From assembly GCA_963767925.1 (NCBI GenBank), contig CAVYGB010000008.1:1632001-1696000 (forward strand): a DNA stretch of 64,000 nt, written 5' to 3'. The notes under the pieces were generated by a model. It was given only the letters and a program-made list of their open reading frames with translations, had not been told where the DNA came from and did no database searches. Positions 12,692 to 23,834 of the stretch are shown one piece after another (position 1 is the first letter of the stretch; the number at the start of each line of letters is the position of its first letter). The position numbers and the translations under genes were made by a program. Source of the DNA: an uncultured delta proteobacterium. Lineage in GTDB: Bacteria > Myxococcota_A > Polyangia > Fen-1088.

Positions 12692-13863
12692 CCGAAGTCC
12701 TTGAGCAGCTCGCGCGCGATCACCATCTTCTGCACCTCGTTGGTCCCCTCGCCGATCTCGCGCCAGCTTGACGTCGCGCAGGTAGCGTTCGACCGGGAAC
12801 TCGCGGGTGTAGCCGTAGCCGCCGTGGATCTGCACGGCGGCGTTGCAGGCGCGCACCGCCGCCCGGGCCGCGTAGTACTTGGCCACCGAGGACTCCCGGG
12901 TGGTCTTGACCTTCTGGTCCTGCATCCAGGCCGCCCGCCACACCAGCAGGCGGGCCGCCTCGAGCTCGGTGGCCATGTCGGCCAGCATGTGCTGGACGGC
13001 CTGGAACTCGGCGATGGGCTTGCCGAACTGCACCCGCTCCCGGGCGTAGGCGCGAGACTCCTCGAGGGCGCCCCGCCCGATCCCGACCGCCCAGGCGCCG
13101 ATGCCGATCCGGCCCCGGTCCAGGATGGTCAGGGTGTCGAAGAAGCCCTGATCGATCTCCCCAGGCGCTGCTCGTCGGGCACCACCACCTCCTCGAGGAT
13201 CAGCTCGGTGGTGTCGGAGGCGTGCAGGCCCATCTTCTCGAGATGACGGCCGGCGCGAAAGCCAGGCGTGCCCCGCTCGATGACGAAGGCGGTGAGGCCC
13301 TTCTGCCGCTTCTCGGGGCTGGTGGAGGCCAGCACCACGTAGGTGCCGGCCACCGAGCCCTGGGTGATGAAGGTCTTGGTCCCGCGCAGCAGCCACTCGA
13401 TGCGGGGGCTGCCGTCGGGATTTTTGCCCTCGCGCCGGACGGCCCGGGTCTCGGCCGCCCCCGCGTCGGAGCCGGAGCCAGGCTCGGTCAGGCCCCAGGC
13501 GCCCAGCACCTTGCCCGAGGCCAGCGGCGGCAGGTACTTCTGCTTCTGGGCCTCGTTGCCCGCCAGCAGGATGTGGCCGGTGCACAGGGAGTTGTGCGAG
13601 GCCATGGTGAGGCCCAGCGATCCGTCGGCCCGGGCCACCTCCTCGAGGGCGACGACGTAGTCGTGGAACTTCATGCCCGGGCCGCCGTAGCGCTCGGGCA
13701 TCTGCATGCCGAGCAGGCCCAGCTCGCCCAGCGCGGGGATGACCTCCGCGGGGAAGCGTTCTTCCTCGTCCCAGCTCCGCGCCTTGGGGATGACCTCCCG
13801 TGCGCAGAAGTCGCGGACCGTCTTTTGCAGTACTTGCTGTTCCTCCGTCAGATCGAAATTCAC
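12688..13863 (-). CDS. Acyl-CoA dehydrogenase; two apparent 1-bp frameshifts (~13160, ~12762), probably sequence errors
   Basis: [41 protein letters not shown] and [10 protein letters not shown] motifs are distributed over different frames. Confidence 0.88.
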
Positions 13864-14861
13864 CGACCCTCCTTCCTCGCCGCCTGTACGTCGTCCTTCC
13901 CCGCCGGTGGGAGCGCGCCGCGGAAGCGCTGCTCGGGCCCGCTCGGGGCGTATATCTGCACGGCATGGGTGGGCCCCGCGCCGGACATCTTGGCCCCGTG
14001 GGGCTGGTCGGCCGGAATGAAAATGGTGCTGTTGGGCCCGAACGAATGGGTCTCGCTGCCGACCGTCACCTTGCCCCCGCCCGACGTCACGTAGAGGAGC
14101 TCGGTCGCGCTGGTGTGGGCGTGCCGGGGCAGCTCGACCCCACCTTCGAACTCCAGGACCGACAGGGCCATGGCCGAGCTGCCGGTGGTCTTCTCCTCGA
14201 GCAGGATCTTGGCCACCCCCTTGACCCCCGCGATCTTGACCGTGGTGGCCTGCTCGATGGAGGCCACCGACGGCTTGGGGCCGGGGGGGGCCTTTAGCCG
14301 TCGGGTATCCCGGATCACCTCGAAGTCGGCCCGGGCGGCCCGGTTCTTCGGGTCGCGATACACCTGCTCGGGCCCCGGGGGCGAAAACGCCTGCAAGAAG
14401 GCCGCTTCGGCCTGCCGGCCCATGTTCTCGATGACGTGGGGATATCCGGGCGGCAGGAAGGCCGCCGAGCCGGGCATGAGCTTGATGGGCTTGGTCCCGG
14501 GAGGACCCAGCAAGCGGGCGCGGCCCTTCATCAAGTAGAGGATCTTGGCGCTGCGCGGGTGGCGATGCATCGCCACCCGGCTGGCCGGACCGACGATGAG
14601 CCGGGTCAGCGAGGCCTGAGGCGCCTGCACGTTGACCGGATCGGCCATCACCTTGACGGTGAACGGCGGCGCCCGGCGCCGGCGGCCCGGGCGAACCTTC
14701 GCCGCCGCCGGACCTCGATCCGCGACGTCCTCGGCGCGGATGACGATCTGGTTGGTCTTCTCCTCCTTGGCCGAGGCCGGGGAGGGAAACGTGAGCAACA
14801 CGGACACCACCACCCCCACCGCCCCAGGCAAGCCTCCCGTACGAAAAAAAGGCTGGTTCAT
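13860..14861 (-). CDS. Bicupin protein with a predicted signal peptide
   Basis: Two cupin motif sets (MHRHP...YPH; RHAH..ATELLY...QPH); signal-like N-terminus ending PASA; ATGA/GTGA overlaps with both neighbours. Confidence 0.8.
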   Translation of the reverse strand: MNQPFFRTGGLPGAVGVVVSVLLTFPSPASAKEEKTNQIVIRAEDVADRGPAAAKVRPGRRRRAPPFTVKVMADPVNVQAPQASLTRLIVGPASRVAMHRHPRSAKILYLMKGRARLLGPPGTKPIKLMPGSAAFLPPGYPHVIENMGRQAEAAFLQAFSPPGPEQVYRDPKNRAARADFEVIRDTRRLKAPPGPKPSVASIEQATTVKIAGVKGVAKILLEEKTTGSSAMALSVLEFEGGVELPRHAHTSATELLYVTSGGGKVTVGSETHSFGPNSTIFIPADQPHGAKMSGAGPTHAVQIYAPSGPEQRFRGALPPAGKDDVQAARKEGR

Positions 14862-15301
14862 GGGTGTGATCCTTCCACGCGCGGCCGCAGCTCGCGCTCG
14901 ATCCAATCGACGATATCGCGGGTCGAAGTTCCAGGTGTAAACAGTGCAGCCACCCCCAGCCCCCTGAGCGCGTCGGCGTCCTCCCGGGGCACGATACCGC
15001 CCCCGAAGAGCATGACGTCGTCGGCGCCGCGCGCCTTGAGCGCCTCCAGGACGGCTGGAAACAGGGTCATGTGCGCCCCCGACATGATCGAGAGTCCCAC
15101 CGCATCGACCGACTCCTGCACCGCCGTGGCGGCGATCATGTCCGGGGTCTGGTGCAGGCCGGTGTAGATGACCTCGTACCCGGCGTCGGCCAGGGCGCGT
15201 GCGACGACCTTGGCCCCTCGGTCGTGCCCATCGAGACCGGCTTTGCCGATCAGGATGCGCAGCTTCCGTTTGCCGTCCGATGAAGGCTCGACCTTCTGCA
15301 C
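14858..15301 (-). CDS. Cobalamin-binding small subunit of the acyl-CoA mutase
   Basis: GLDGHDRG (DxHxxG), [10 protein letters not shown] and FGGG motifs. Confidence 0.95.
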   Translation of the reverse strand: MQKVEPSSDGKRKLRILIGKAGLDGHDRGAKVVARALADAGYEVIYTGLHQTPDMIAATAVQESVDAVGLSIMSGAHMTLFPAVLEALKARGADDVMLFGGGIVPREDADALRGLGVAALFTPGTSTRDIVDWIERELRPRVEGSHP

Positions 15302-15389
15302 GTCTCTATTCTAAGGGTTCGAAACCCGGACAAACCAGATAATGACGGAATCCGCCGAGGGGTCTGCCAAGGTGCTAAAAGGCAAGACC

Positions 15390-16916
15390 ATGGGCTCCGC
15401 CGCGCCGGCTCAGCCGGGCAGCCATCTGAGGGTGGAGAACCCGGCCACCGGGGCCCTGCTGGCCGAGATCCCGGCCGCCACCCCGGCCCAGGTCGCCGAG
15501 GCGATGGCCCAGGCCCGGCAGGCCCAGCCGGCCTGGGCGGCCCTGCCCGTGGCGACGCGGGCCTCCGCTCTCCGCCGGATGGCGGGACGGATCCTCCGGG
15601 ACGCCGAGCTCTCCGAGACGCTGATCGCCGAGAACGGAAAGCCGCGCTTCGAGGCCGAGGCGATCGAGATCTTCTACACCTGCGAGCTGACCCGCTTCCT
15701 GACCGGCCGCCGGGGGCGGCGGGCGCTGGCCGACGACATCCGCCATCCCTTCATCTTCGCCAACAAGCGGGCCCGGGTGGTCTACCACCCCCATGGCGTG
15801 GTGGGCGTGATCGGCCCCTGGAACTGGCCCCTGCTCAACAACTACGCCGATTGCGTGCCTCCGCTGCTCGCCGGCAACGCCGTGATCCTCAAGCCCTCCC
15901 ACGTCACCCCGCTCACCTCGCTGCGGGTGGCGGAGCTGTGGCGAGAGGAGGGCCTGCCCCCCGAGGTCTTCCAGGTCCTGCCCGGGGGCGCTGAGGTGGG
16001 TGAGGCGCTGGTCGAGAGCAGCGACATGGTGTTCTTCACCGGCAGCCAGACCGTCGGAAAGCAGGTGGCCCGCCGCTGCGGCGAGCGGCTCATCCCGTGT
16101 GTCCTCGAGCTCGGGGGTAAATCCCCCTTCATCGTGCTCCGCGATGCCGATCTGGCAGCTTCGGCGCGGGCGGCGGTCTGGGGCGCCTTCGCCAACAGCG
16201 GCCAGGTCTGCATCCGGCCCGAGCGGGTGCTGGTGGAGGAGCCGGTCGCCGACGCCTTCACGGAGCTCTGCTTGCACGAGATTGCCCGCCTGCGCCAGGG
16301 GGGTGAGCTGGACAGCGCCGACGGCGCGGCGGTGGACATCGGGGCCATGACCACCGCGGCCCAGCTCGAGCGGGTCGAGGCCCAGGTGCGCGGCGCCCTG
16401 GGGGAGGGGGCGCGCCTGCTGGCCGGTGGACACCGGCGAGCTGATCTACCGGGTCGGTTCTACGAGCCGACCCTGCTGGCGGACGTGACGCCGGCGATGG
16501 CGGTGGCCCGCGAGGAGACCTTCGGGCCGGTGCTGCCAGTCGTCCGGGTCGCCGACGCAGAGTCGGCGGTGCGGATGGCCAACGAGATCGGGCTGGGGCT
16601 CTCGGGCAGCGTGTGGTCCCGGGATGTGGCCCGGGCCTCCGCGGTAGCCCGCCAGCTCCACTGCGGCAGCGTGTGCGTGAACGACGTGCTGGTGAACTAC
16701 TTCTGCGTCGAGGCTCCCCTCGGCGGCGTCAAGGGGAGTGGCCTCGGCGTGCGCCACGGGATCGAGGGGTTGCGCCAGTTCTGCCGGCTGGAGACCATCG
16801 TCGAAGATGGTCCCCTGCTCGGCCTGCTGACGTCATGGATCATGCGCCAGCTCGTGTTTCCCTACAAAGCAGCGGTCTTGCGCGTGCTCCGCTGGGTGAT
16901 GCGCAAGCTCTACTGA
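15390..16916 (+). CDS. Aldehyde dehydrogenase family protein
   Basis: PWNWP, FTGS, LELGGKSP, NSGQVC and EETFGPV motifs; alternative start at 15342. Confidence 0.93.
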   Translation: MGSAAPAQPGSHLRVENPATGALLAEIPAATPAQVAEAMAQARQAQPAWAALPVATRASALRRMAGRILRDAELSETLIAENGKPRFEAEAIEIFYTCELTRFLTGRRGRRALADDIRHPFIFANKRARVVYHPHGVVGVIGPWNWPLLNNYADCVPPLLAGNAVILKPSHVTPLTSLRVAELWREEGLPPEVFQVLPGGAEVGEALVESSDMVFFTGSQTVGKQVARRCGERLIPCVLELGGKSPFIVLRDADLAASARAAVWGAFANSGQVCIRPERVLVEEPVADAFTELCLHEIARLRQGGELDSADGAAVDIGAMTTAAQLERVEAQVRGALGEGARLLAGGHRRADLPGRFYEPTLLADVTPAMAVAREETFGPVLPVVRVADAESAVRMANEIGLGLSGSVWSRDVARASAVARQLHCGSVCVNDVLVNYFCVEAPLGGVKGSGLGVRHGIEGLRQFCRLETIVEDGPLLGLLTSWIMRQLVFPYKAAVLRVLRWVMRKLY

Positions 16917-16932
16917 GCGCCTCGCCGCGGCC

Positions 16933-18282
16933 TCACTCCTTGTCGGACTTCTCCGCTGGCTCGGCCGGTGCCTCGGGTGGGGGCGCGACAGGCGCCGGAG
17001 CGGGAGGTGGTGGCGCCGCCTCGGCCACCGGGGCTGCGGCCTCTCCCTCGCCCGCCGCAGCGGGCTCGTCCCAGCCACCGCGACGGCGACCGGTCCAGGC
17101 GGGCGGACCGCCGCCACCTGGAGGACGCTTGTCCCGGCCGGCGGGGGGCGGACCCCGTCGATCGCCGACCGCGGGCCGAGGGCCGCGGGGGGGACCCCCT
17201 CCGGGAAAACCACTGCGGTCGCCGCCGGGCCCGCGTCCTGCCCCGGCCGGAGCTCCAGGCCCACGGGGGGGCCGGGGGCCGCGATCACCTCCCCGGCCGA
17301 CATCGCCGGGCGGGCGACCGTCCCGGGGCGGCCCCGGGCCACGATCGGGCCGCGCATCTCTCAGATTTCCAGGAGGGCCGCCGCCCGGCCGGGGACCGCC
17401 GCGCGGTCCACCGCCGCCCGGTCCACCGCCGCCTGGTCCACCACCACCTGGTCCGTCGCGCCGGTCGCCCCGACCACCGCCGGGCCCAAAGCCGGCCCGG
17501 GGACGATCTCCACCCGGGCCGGGCGGGCCGCCGCCACCGGGACGCGGGCCGCCACGCGGTGGGCCGCCGCCCGGGCCATCCCGGCGATCGCCCCGTCCGC
17601 CCCGCGGTCCGTCGCCGCGCTTACCGCGGCCATCGCGGCGGTCGTCGCGCCCGGGGCGCGTGGGGCCGCCACGCGGCAGGTAGTCGATGGCGAAGTAGAA
17701 GTCGCCGCGCTTTTCCACCCCCTCGATGGGCTTGTCACCGGAGAGCACCCGCACGAGCCGGACGGTGCCCACCCGCTTGCCCACCACGGCGAGGGTCTCC
17801 ATCAGCCTGGCCAGGCGATCGCCGCTGATCTTCAGACCAGCCCCGACCGCCTCGGCGACCGGACCGGACCCGGGCGCTTCCTCGGGGGCGGGAGCCGGGG
17901 GCTCCTCGGCCGGAGAAGCCGGGGCCGCCTCGGCGGAGGTCTCCTCCGTCGCGCCCTCGACCGCCTCGTCGGGGGCCTTGTCGGTCGCGCCCTCGGCCTC
18001 GGCCGTGACCTCGGGGGCCGGCTCGCCGGAGGCCTCGACGGCCTCACCCGGCTCGCCGGCTTCCCCCTCGGACGTGGCGACGGCGTCGTCGCCGGCCGAT
18101 CCGGCCGCGGTCTCTTCGCGTGACTCTTCCGCCGCTCCGGCAGGAGCAGCGTCGGAGGTGGCCACCTCGGCGGGCGCCGCCTCGGGGGGCGGCTCAGCGG
18201 CCTTCATCGTTGCTTTTGTCGAACGCTCGATCTCGGCCGCCTGGCGGAGCAAGGTTCCCGGAAACTCGGTTACTGTCTTCAT
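16933..18282 (-). CDS. Hypothetical protein: acidic Ala/Glu/Pro region, small folded core, long RG/RGG/GP-rich tail
   Basis: GGGGGAG RBS; coherent reading frame; block composition of the translation. Confidence 0.75.
   Translation of the reverse strand: MKTVTEFPGTLLRQAAEIERSTKATMKAAEPPPEAAPAEVATSDAAPAGAAEESREETAAGSAGDDAVATSEGEAGEPGEAVEASGEPAPEVTAEAEGATDKAPDEAVEGATEETSAEAAPASPAEEPPAPAPEEAPGSGPVAEAVGAGLKISGDRLARLMETLAVVGKRVGTVRLVRVLSGDKPIEGVEKRGDFYFAIDYLPRGGPTRPGRDDRRDGRGKRGDGPRGGRGDRRDGPGGGPPRGGPRPGGGGPPGPGGDRPRAGFGPGGGRGDRRDGPGGGGPGGGGPGGGGPRGGPRPGGGPPGNLRDARPDRGPGPPRDGRPPGDVGRGGDRGPRPPRGPGAPAGAGRGPGGDRSGFPGGGPPRGPRPAVGDRRGPPPAGRDKRPPGGGGPPAWTGRRRGGWDEPAAAGEGEAAAPVAEAAPPPPAPAPVAPPPEAPAEPAEKSDKE
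17405..17454 (-). repeat. Coding 15-bp tandem repeat (about 3 copies) encoding Gly/Pro (PGGGG) units
   Basis: GGTCCACCRCCRCCY units on the + strand. Confidence 0.7.
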
Positions 18283-18422
18283 GACTCCCCCAGGGTGCTT
18301 TCGCTGGTCCGCCTGTCGTAGTTGACCGGCGGCTCCCCGTCAATGGTGACGTGAGCCACGGGCCACCCGGTCGGCCCCGGGTCGACACGACAGGGTGGGC
18401 TCTTTCCGGGATAATAACCGCC

Positions 18423-20153
18423 ATGCGCGGCCATCCCCGACCCTCCCTTCTGCCCCGGTTACCCTGGATCCTGCTCGCTGGCCTGCTCGCCGGACCGGCC
18501 TGCGCCAAGCAGGCGGTCGCCCCCGGGCTGCTGCACCCCGCCCTCGCGCCGACCGAGACGAACCGCGGGCGCCTGGTGGCCCGGGTGCTGGTTCCGTCGC
18601 TGGATCGGACCTCCGCCACCGTCGACGACCTGCGCGCCCGCGGGGCCCTGCCCTTCGGGTCTGCCGAGCTGCGCGGCATGTTGATGGCCCGGCTGTCGCT
18701 TCCGGAGGACGCGGTCAAGCTCGTCGACACCGCTGCGCCCATCGCCTTCGCTTTCCTTGCACCCGCCGGGGCACCTGCCGGGGCACCCGCCGGGCCCGAT
18801 GCCCCGCTCCAGGTCGCCGGGGCGCTCGCCCTGCGGGCGCCCGAGGGGGCGTCGGCCTTCTTCGACGCTGTCGGCTCGCTGGTGGGGAGCGATCGCGAGG
18901 TGCTCCAGCTCCGGCGCGGCGACGGCGAGCCGGTCTGGATCCTGAAGGTGGGGCGGGCGCTGGCCTGGTCGTCCAGCCGCGAAGCCCTGATCGAGGCGGG
19001 GGCCCACGCCCTCGATGCCCGGGCCGACATCCCCGACGACTTCCTCCTGACCGCTTACCCGGCGGGCTGGGCACGGTCGCTGGGGGTCGATCTGTCCGGT
19101 GGTCACCAGGCGCTGCGGGCGCGGGTCCTCGAGCGGATGGATCGCGATCGGGGTCGGCCGCGACCGGCCGCCGATCGCGCGGCGCTGGAGGCGGTGCTCG
19201 ATTTTCTCCTGCGTCCGATGCCCGAGACCGAGCTGGTCGACCTCCGCTTCGGCCTCGGCCGCGAGCGAGGCGCCCAGCTCGCGGCCCGGGCCGTCCCCCG
19301 CCCCGGCTCTCCCTTCGCGACGCGGACGGCGACCCGCCGGCCCTTCGCGCTGACCGGCCCCGATCAGCCCGCCGGGGCGACGCGGCTGGGCGCGGTGGCC
19401 GCTATCGGGGAGGATCCTGCGTTCCTAGAGCTGCTGCTGGCGATCGTGGAGGCGCAGGCCCGGGCCGGCGTGACCGGGGCACCCTCCACGGCCCAGCGGC
19501 TGCGCCCGGTGGTGGCCCGACTGTCGGGCGGTCTGCGTGGGGTGTTGCGCCCGCGCGGATCGGAGCTGGAGGCGGACCTCGTGTTGCCGACCCGCCCGGC
19601 GGCCGCGCAGGGCCCTGCTCTCGAGGAGCTCGCCGCCCTGTTCGGCGATCCGGGGTTGTCCGCACTCATGGGCCAGCTCTACAAGATTGGTGGGCCGGTC
19701 CGGACCTCCCGGGAGAGCGACCGCCTCCGCGTCGAGATCGGCGGCGACTTCACCGTGCTGGCCACCATCGCTCAGGGCCAGCTCGTGCTGGCCAGCGAGC
19801 CGGGAGCCGGCGAACGCCTGACCGCGCTGGCCGCGACCGCGGCCCGGCCACACGCTAGCCCCGACGGGCCCTCGCCGGCGCTGCGGGCCGCCCTCGATGA
19901 GAGCCAGGGCCGCGAGGGGCTGGTGTTCGTCGATGTCCTCGCGCTGGTCGGGCCGGTCCTGTCGGCGGTGGGCGCCGGCTCCGAGGCCCGCATGGTCCAG
20001 GGGCTGCTCTCCCTGCCCGGCGTGTCGGGCCGGCAGCTCCCGATCTGGCTGGGGTTTTCGGGGGGCGAAACGCTGCTCGTCGACCTGCACATTCCCCTCG
20101 AATCCCTGACCACCGCGGCCGGTCTGCTCGGGTTCCTCGGTCGTGACGGATAG
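18423..20153 (+). CDS. Hypothetical lipoprotein
   Basis: Signal ending LLAGPAC; long ORF filling the intergenic gap. Confidence 0.65.
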   Translation: MRGHPRPSLLPRLPWILLAGLLAGPACAKQAVAPGLLHPALAPTETNRGRLVARVLVPSLDRTSATVDDLRARGALPFGSAELRGMLMARLSLPEDAVKLVDTAAPIAFAFLAPAGAPAGAPAGPDAPLQVAGALALRAPEGASAFFDAVGSLVGSDREVLQLRRGDGEPVWILKVGRALAWSSSREALIEAGAHALDARADIPDDFLLTAYPAGWARSLGVDLSGGHQALRARVLERMDRDRGRPRPAADRAALEAVLDFLLRPMPETELVDLRFGLGRERGAQLAARAVPRPGSPFATRTATRRPFALTGPDQPAGATRLGAVAAIGEDPAFLELLLAIVEAQARAGVTGAPSTAQRLRPVVARLSGGLRGVLRPRGSELEADLVLPTRPAAAQGPALEELAALFGDPGLSALMGQLYKIGGPVRTSRESDRLRVEIGGDFTVLATIAQGQLVLASEPGAGERLTALAATAARPHASPDGPSPALRAALDESQGREGLVFVDVLALVGPVLSAVGAGSEARMVQGLLSLPGVSGRQLPIWLGFSGGETLLVDLHIPLESLTTAAGLLGFLGRDG

Positions 20154-20167
20154 CGCCGATCGCGATT

Positions 20168-20182
20168 TTGAATAAGATTCAA
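20168..20182. promoter_or_regulatory. Candidate operator palindrome upstream of the fatty-acid oxidation genes
   Basis: TTGAAT-AAG-ATTCAA perfect inverted repeat in an AT-rich patch about 90 bp before the ATG at 20269. Confidence 0.45.
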
Positions 20183-20268
20183 TACAGTTGCCTACATCCG
20201 ACTTCCGGTGGGCGATCGTCGCCTCGCCAGGAGCGGCGCCGGCCAGGGCGATGGGTTATGGTGAGTTC

Positions 20269-22652
20269 ATGGCAAAGCCGATCGATCAGGTGGCCGTGCT
20301 CGGAGCGGGGGTCATGGGGGCTTCCATCGCCGCCCATCTCGCCAACGCCGGCATCAAGGTGCTGCTGCTCGACATTCCCTCGAAGGACGCGGCCCCCGGC
20401 GATCGCCGCGCCCGCAACCAGCTCACCGCCGCCGGCCTGGAGCGGGCCCGCAAGGCGCAAGTCCGGCGGCCTTCGTCTCGCCCCGCTTCGAAGCCCTGGT
20501 CACGGTGGGCAACCTGGAGGACGACCTGGACGAAGGCGGCCCGCTGCGACCTCGTCGTCGAGGCGATCATCGAGAACCTGACGATCAAGCGGAACCTCTA
20601 CACCCGGCTCGAGGCGCTGGGCGGCAGCGCGGTCATCACCTCCAACACCTCCGGGCTCCGCATGAAGCGAGCTGCTCGAGGGTCGCAGCGACGGACTTTC
20701 GCCGTCGCTTCTGCATCACCCACTTCTTCAACCCCCCCCGCTACCTCAAGCTGGTCGAGATCGTGGCCGGGCCCGACACCGCCGCCGAGACGCTGGCCCG
20801 GGCCGAGGACCTGTGCGGACGGCATCCTGGGCAAGGGCCTGGTGCGGGCCAAGGACACGCCCAACTTCATCGCCAACCGCATCGGCACCTTCGCCCTGCT
20901 GCGGGCCCTCGATCTGGCGGTCCGGGAGGGCTACACCGTCGAGGAGGTGGACATGGTGTTCGGCCCGGCCACCGGCCGGCCCCGCAGCGCCGTGTTCCGC
21001 ACCGCCGACCTGGTGGGCATCGACACCCTGGTCCACGTGGCCCGTCACTGCCACGCCGCCCTGGTCGACGACGAACGGCGCGAGGTCTTCGCCGTGCACC
21101 CCGTGCTCGAGGAGCTGGTGCGCCGCAAGTGGCTGGGCGGCAAGAGCGGTCAGGGCTTTTACAAGAAGCAGGGCGACGAGATCCTGCAGCTCGATCTCAA
21201 GACCTTCGAATACGTCCCCCTGCAGAAGCCGCGCTTCCCGTCCATCGGCGCCACCAAGGGGGTCGACGACGTCGACGAGCGCCTGCGCCGCATGCTGGGC
21301 GGAGCGACCGACGATCGGGCCGCCGCCCTCGCCCGCACCGTGATCTACGAGACGATGGCCTATTCGGCCGCCCGCATCCCGGAGATCGCCGACGACGTGT
21401 CTGGAGGTGGACCGGGCCATGCGCTGGGGCTTCGGCTGGGAGCGCGGCCCCTTCGAGAGCTGGGACGCCCTCGGGGTGGCGGCGACGGTCGAGAAGATGC
21501 AGGCCGCCAAGATCCGGGTTCCCGACTGGGTGAAGGAGCGGCTCAAGGCCGGCGAGACGACCTTCTACCGCAAGGAGCCCTCGGGCCGAACCCAGCAGCT
21601 CCGCCGCACCGGCGGCTACGCCGAGGTCGCCAGCGATCCCCGGGTCATCGCCTGGACGCCGTGCGGGCCGCGGGCGGCGAGGTCGAGCGCAACCCCAGCG
21701 CCTCCATCCTCGACCTCGGCGACGGCGTGTTCTGCCTGGAGTTCCACGCCAAGATGAACGCCATCGACGCCGACATCGGCACCACTGCTGGACAAGGCGG
21801 TCGATCGAGCCGAGCAGCAGGGCGCCGCCCTGGTCATCGGCAACGACGGGAGCGAGGCGTTCTCCGCCGGGGCGAACCTGTTCGGCCTCATGGTGGCGAT
21901 GTCCCAGGGCCAGCTCAAGGCCAGTCGAGCGAGATGGTGCGCGGCTTCCAGGACGTCTGCTACCGCCTGCGCTACGCCCGGGTGCCGGTGGTGGCCGCCC
22001 CCTTCGGGCTCACCCTCGGCGGCGGCGCCGAGGTCATGCTCGGCTGCACGGCGGTGCGAGCGTTCACCGAGCTGTACGTCGGCCTGGTCGAGGTGGGGGT
22101 CGGCTTGATCCCGGCCGGCGGCGGCTGCATGGAGATGGCGGCCCGGGTGGCGGCCCGGGCGCCCGACGACCCGACGTTCGACCTGCTGCAGCTGCTGCGC
22201 GGACCCTTCGAGGCCATCGGCCTGGCCAAGGTGGCCACCAGCGCGGAGGAGGCGCGCGACCTGGGCTACCTGCGCCCGTCGGACAGCACCTCGATGGCCC
22301 GCGAGACCCTGATCGCCGACGCCAAGCAGATCGCGCTCGGGCTGGCCCGAGCCGGGTACCGGCCGCCGCCCCCCCGCCAGCATCCGGGTGGCGGGCGCCT
22401 CGGCGGGGGCCACCTTGAAGACCGCCATCCGGCACCTGGTCCACGCCCACCGGGCCAGCGAACACGACTACCTGGTGGTGAGCAAGGCGGCGCACGTCCT
22501 GTGCGGCGGCGACGTCTCGGCCGGCGCCCAGGTGAGCGAGCAGCCACCTCCTCGACCTCGAGCGCGAGGCCTTCCTCTCGCTGTGTGGCGAGGAGAAGAC
22601 GCAGGCCCGCATCCAGCACATGTTGTCGACTGGCAAACCCCTCCGCAACTGA
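20269..22652 (+). CDS. fadN: 3-hydroxyacyl-CoA dehydrogenase/enoyl-CoA hydratase (FadN-like); many 1-bp frameshifts
   Basis: [53 protein letters not shown] and terminal GKPLRN motifs split across frames. Confidence 0.85.
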
Positions 22653-22666
22653 AGAGAGAGTGCACC

Positions 22667-23834
22667 ATGCGTGACGTCGTCATTCTTTCCGCGGTTCGCA
22701 CCCCCATCGGGCGCGCCCTCAAGGGGAACCTTCGCCACACCCGCCCCGACGATCTGGGCGCCCTCGTCGTCAAGGAGGCGCTGGCGCCGGGCCGAGCTCG
22801 GCGGGCGACAAGATGGAGGATCTCGTGCTCGGCTGCGCCAACCCGGAAGGGGAGCAGGGGCTCAACGTCGCCCGTCTGGTGGGCCACCTGGCCGGGCTGC
22901 CCGACGAGGTGCCGGCCATGACCATCAACCGCTTCTGCTCGTCGGGGCTGCAGGCGGCGGCCATCGTGGCCGATCGGATCGCCGTGGGGGCCATCGACGC
23001 GGGGCTGGCGGGCGGGATCGAGTCGATGTCGATGATCCCCATGGGGGGCGGGCGCATCTCGCTCAACCCGCGGATGGCCGAGGTCTCGCCCGACGCCTAC
23101 CTGCCGATGGGCAACACCGCCGAAAACGTGGCCCGTCAGTTCAAGGTCGGCCGCGAAGAGCAGGACGCCTTCGCCCTGCGCAGCCACCAGAAGGCGGTGG
23201 CGGCCTGGACGGAAGGACGTTTTCAGGCCGAGGTGGTGCCGGTCAAGACACGGGTGTTCGAGGAGGGGGCCTGGACCGACGTCACCGTCGATCGCGACGA
23301 GGGTCCTCGCGCCGACACGACCATCGAGAAGCTGGCAAGTCCTTGAAGCCGGTCTTCGATCCGACCGGCAGCGTGACCGCCGGCAACTCCTCCCCACTCA
23401 ACGACGGCGCCGCCGCCGTCGTGCTGATGTCCGCCGACAAGGCCAGGGCGGAGCGGCGCCGGGCCCGGGCCTACTTCCGGGCCTTCGCCGTGGCCGGCGT
23501 CCCGCCGGGGATCATGGGGATCGGTCCCGTGCCGGCGGTGCGCAAGCTGCTGGCCAAGACCGGGCTCAAGGTCGAGGACATCGATCTGTTCGAGGTCAAC
23601 GAGGCCTTCGCCTCGCAGGCCCTGTATTGCCTGCGGGAGCTGGGGTTGCCCGACGACCGGGTCAACGTCAACGGGGGGGCCATCGCCCTCGGGCATCCCC
23701 TGGGGTCGACCGGGGCCCGCCAGATCGCCACCGCGCTGCACGAGCTCGAGCGGCGCAAGGGCCGCTACGCCGTCATCACGATGTGCGTGGGCGGCGGCAT
23801 GGGCGCCGCCGGACTCATCGAGCGGGCCAGCTGA
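22667..23834 (+). CDS. fadA: Acetyl-CoA C-acyltransferase (thiolase); frameshifted near 22790-22810 and ~23340
   Basis: [26 protein letters not shown] and MCVGGGMG motifs. Confidence 0.88.
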
